The notes under the pieces: generated by a model | Told to the model about the DNA's origin: nothing | What the model saw: only the letters and a program-made list of their open reading frames with translations | Database searches by the model: none | Shown: piece after piece, positions 31,471 to 64,000 of the stretch | How the letters are laid out: every line of letters starts with the position of its first letter | How positions within the stretch are numbered: the stretch's first letter is position 1 | NCBI GenBank assembly: GCA_002269645.1 | Contig: NIVC01002007.1 | Span: forward strand, 149,687 to 213,686 | Source: Macrostomum lignano | Taxonomy: Eukaryota | DNA length: 64,000 nt | Reading direction: 5' to 3' | Made by a program: the position numbers and the translations under genes

Positions 31471-32132
31471 CATAAATTTTGGGCTTAATTGGAAGTGCAA
31501 CTGGCTTGGCTCTGCTCGTGCAATTAACGCCTTAGAGTGCCAACCCCCAAGGCGCAGTGAAGTGTACATGTCTAACGATAAATAAAGTCAGGGCCGCTGT
31601 ACACTCCTGAGTGAGTGTGTGCCTGTGCCTCTCGCCGGTTGTGCGACAATGTCGCTTAAAGTTCGACAGGGTGCACACAGCCACCTGCATCAAATTGTTT
31701 TGCTCCTTCTCGAGTTCTTGTAGATGTTCCTAGAAATATAATCGCTGCTCCGGAAGTAGCTAGATAGTACCGTTGTACTACCTATCGATTTGCCTAAAAA
31801 GGAACCTAAAACGTTAGCCTTAGACTCGGTAGGGTTGCTGCCACCTTGGTGTGCGGACTCGACGCGTCGGCAGAGTTGTCTATCCGTCACCTGAAATAAA
31901 ATAACGAAGTCGCTCGGAGCAAAGGCAAATCTGAAAATGTCTCGACAGTTGATCGTTCTAGTAGAATGCTGCTCGAACCTGAAAACCTGAAAAACCTGAA
32001 ATGAGAGAGGAGAGCTCGGAGGAGGCTTCACGAATTAGCCACGATGCTCCGCGAGACGACGCCGTGGAACGCGATCTGGAGAAAAATGGCTCACAGATGC
32101 TCCGTATTTTTAGCTGAGCAGACCCCCCAAAA

Positions 32133-32467
32133 GTCACGTGAGTTTCATGCGGTGAGCGCGTGAAACTTCCTTATTTGGTCCTCAGAATCATGCAAGCGTT
32201 GCGTGATCCAAGGCCAACTTCCAAATAAGGTAACCCTGTCACGCTGCTGTGGCGTGACTCAAAATCAGCTGCCTCGCAAAACTAGCGTGCACAGTCACGT
32301 GCTTTTCTGTGCTAAAAATAGAACTTGGGCGGATGAGTCATCCTGTTTACTCCCTCTAGGCAGCCATTACAGCCCGCGCAGGTGATGAGTCATCCTGCTA
32401 TGCCTCCTCAGCGCGAGTGGGAAGACATTGAGTGTGGCTGCCCACGCCTGCTCGGGCGATGAGTCAT
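32133..32467. promoter_or_regulatory. Cluster of AP-1-type and E-box motifs (putative enhancer)
   Basis: ATGAGTCAT at 32333, 32385 and 32459; GTGACTCA at 32254; GTCACGTG at 32133 and 32294. Confidence 0.4.
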
Positions 32468-32869
32468 TTATGAAAAGTTCCGCATTATCCAGCCAAGAAT
32501 CGCAGCTTCAGACGAAAATTAAAGTTCAAGGCGCTCCGCCAGAATACACCTTTGGGTGCTTCTGTTTATGGAATTCCTGCGGCAGGCGGCGCACCGAGTG
32601 GTGATCGCCTCTTTTCCATTTTATCAAGCGCTGGTCCATCGAGCGGCATGGGAAATGTCAGGCCTCTACTTTCATCTCCTGGTTTTTAGCTCTACAGCGC
32701 GGAAGGAGACGACAGATGCTTCAAGCGTGTCTGAATTTGTTATGGGTACATCAAGGTGTGAGGAATTAAGCGCGCCAACTAAACACTATTTTATTCTATC
32801 TTATCTAACCCTATACAAATCAACCTGTTTGAGTAGTCAAGCATCTATAGTCAAACATAGATGCTTGCT

Positions 32870-34320
32870 ATCTGAGGGGTGCTTGCTATCTGGGTGGATG
32901 CTTGCTATCTGAGGGGATGCTTGCTACCTGGGTGGATGCTTGCTATCTGGGGGGGTGCTTGCTATCTGGGTGGATGCTTGCTATCTGGGTGGATGCTTCC
33001 TATCTGGGTGGATGCTTGCTATCTGGTGGGTGCTTGCTATCTGGGTGGATGCTTGCTATCTGGGTGGATGCTTCCTATCGGGGTGGATGCTTGCTACCTG
33101 GGTGGATGCTTGCTATCTGGGTGGATGCTTGCTATCTGGGGGGATGCTTGCTACCTGGGTGGATGCTTGCTATCTGAGGGGATGCTTGCTACCTGGGTGG
33201 ATGCTTGCTATCTGAGGGGATGCTTGCTACCTGGGTGGATGCTTGCTATCTGAGGGGATGCTTGCTACCTGGGTGGATGCTTGCTATCTGAGGGGATGCT
33301 TGCTACCTGGGTGGATGCTTGCTATCTGAGGGGATGCTTGCTATCTGAGGGGATGCTTGCTACCTGGGTGGATGCTTACTATCTGGGGGGATGCTTCCTA
33401 TCTGAGTGGATGCTTGCTACCTGGGTGGATGCTTGCTATCTGAGGGGATGCTTGCTACCTGGGTGGATGCTTGCTATCTGAGGGGATGCTTGCTATCTGG
33501 GGGGATGCTTACTATCGGGGTGGATGCTTGCTACCTGGGTGGATGCTTACTATCTGGGGGGATGCTTCCTATCTGAGTGGATGCTTACTATCGGGGTGGA
33601 TGCTTACTATCGGGGTGGATGCTTGCTATCTGGGGGGATGCTTACTATCGGGGTGGATGCTTGCTATCTGGGGGGATGCTTGCTATCGGGGTGGATGCTT
33701 ACTATCGGGGTGGATGATTGCTATTTGGGGGATGCTTGCTATCGGGGTGGATGCTTGCTATCTGGGGGATGCTTGCTATCTGGGGTGGATGCTTGCTATC
33801 GGGGTGGATGCTTGCTATCTGGGGGATGCTTGCTATCTGGGGTGGATGCTTGCTATCGGGGTGGATGCTTGCTATATGGGTGGATGCTTACTATCTGGGG
33901 GGATGCTTCCTATCTGAGTGGATGCTTGCTACCTGGGTGGATGCTTACTATTTGGGGGGGGGGATGCTTCCTATCTGAGTGGATGCTTGCTATCGGGGTG
34001 GATGCTTACTATCGGGGTGGATGATTGCTATTTGGGGGATGCTTGCTATCGGGGTGGATGCTTGCTATCTGGGGGATGCTTGCTATCTGGGGTGGATGCT
34101 TGCTATCTGGGAGGATGCTTGCTACCTGGGTGGATGCTTGCTATCTGAGGGATGCTTGCTATCTGCAGGATGCTTGCTATCTGGGGGATGCTTGCTATCT
34201 GAGGGATGCTTGCTATCTGAGGGATGCTTGCTATCTGGGGGATGCTTGCTATCTGAGGGATGCTTGCTATCTGCAGGATGCTTGCTATCTGCAGGATGCT
34301 TGCTATCTGGGGGATGCTTT
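32870..34320. repeat. 19-20-bp minisatellite GATGCTTGCTATCTGGGTG
   Basis: Visible periodicity over ~1.45 kb. Confidence 0.96.
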
Positions 34321-35560
34321 CTACTTAGGGGGAATGTCTGTTATCTTCGTGAAACTTTATTTTATTGTCATTCTGTTAATTTTTGAAAAAAGAGATTCAT
34401 AGCAAACAACTTTTGTCCGTGACAATTGTACTCGAATAAGGTGATTTATAAAACTGAAGAAGGAATTGGTTCTTAAGAAAATATGCTTTTTTTAATTGTT
34501 TTCCATCAATAATTTTTTCTCCTTGCTTATTGCGCGCCCCTTCGGGGGCACTAGATTGCTAGTCAACTATCTAAACCTGATATATCTAAAGATATAACGT
34601 TGATTGTTTGCGCCCAAACTATTGTAGTAAAAATCTGTAATGTTTTATACACGACGCTGTTAAATTTGAATTCTGTTTTTTTCGAAAAAAACATATTTCA
34701 CCGATTTACCTCCTAAAGGGGGAACGGAGGGGCGATTCATTCTGCACCCGACATTCAGAGGCTGCGCGCTCTCTTCAGGCAAGCAAGTCAGTGTAAGGTC
34801 ATGCAGTACTGCAAATGCCTCTGCCGATGTTGCTGCTGCTGCTTCCAAAAAAGATGGGGGAAGGAGAGAAGCAGCCGCAGAAGCCATCCGGGTAGATGGA
34901 AATATGAAAGAAAGATCAATGGAATGGACGACTGCTGCAGGGGGTGAGGGAAGTGGAGGTGGGTAGCAATTGAGGGCGAGAGGCTGATTCCGAAGTTCGT
35001 AGTTTGGTAAAGCCAGGCCATGTGTTTAGGCCAAAGGCATTAGTCTTCGAGGCATCGAATGTACGCGCCCTCCACGATACACGGGCTGGAACCAGCAGCG
35101 CCAGGTAAAGTCAGCCGGGCAAGGATTCATGTTAAAGAATGTCCTTACATCCCTGAGCCCTATCTCTACCCCCTCTCCCTCTCTCTCTTCCTTCGGCCAC
35201 TGACTCTTCGTGTCCGAACCTCCTCGGCTCTGTTGTTGTTTAAAGCGAAGCGCCGAGAGCGGCCGCCCACCGCCGCCACCCTCACCGACCAGCGGACAGG
35301 CTTTTTCAGATCCCGAGCAAACTACGGGAGAAAGTTTCTTTTGACAATCCGCCCCCTTTGCTGGCGAAATTCTTTTTCAATTTCTCCCTAAAGCTTCCTT
35401 CTCCTCCTGCCCCTTCCGAATTCATTCATTTGAATCTTCCCTGACTTTCAAACTTTCGCGCGCGACCGCAAAACTGTGCAACAATTGAGAGCATTTCTTT
35501 TGCGTACGCGTCTGATTTAAGCTTCTTCGTGCCTTGCTCTATTGTGCTGTTCGCAGCCTA

Positions 35561-64000
<28,440 letters not shown>

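Overview
Eukaryotic (animal) genomic DNA: GT-AG introns, GC-rich exons and many large minisatellites. This resembles a Macrostomum-type flatworm genome, which is an unverified inference. Genes that can be modelled from splice sites and reading frame: a 4-exon MATE/SLC47 transporter (-), a 4-exon secreted PAN/apple plus ALK/LTK-type glycine-rich protein (-), a 2-exon mini WIP/verprolin-like gene (+), SQSTM1/p62 (-), and the 5' ~28 kb of a twitchin/unc-22-like giant muscle gene (+, runs off the window). A 7-kb twitchin intron contains an antisense, intronless TET-family dioxygenase ORF with altered Fe(II), 2-oxoglutarate and base-recognition residues (HxD to HxE, distal His to Arg, reciprocal R/S swap). 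This is the most notable item. Mobile DNA includes a Penelope-like retroelement (SGNH-like + RT + Zn-knuckle + GIY-YIG, with a 3' hammerhead ribozyme) inserted in a (GATA)n tract inside an intron, a CORE-type tRNA SINE in telomere-like repeats, and a Tc1/IS630-like relic. Most long ORFs in the supplied track are artefacts of tandem repeats. Single-base frameshifts in twitchin exons suggest consensus indel errors, so all frameshift-based statements are provisional.
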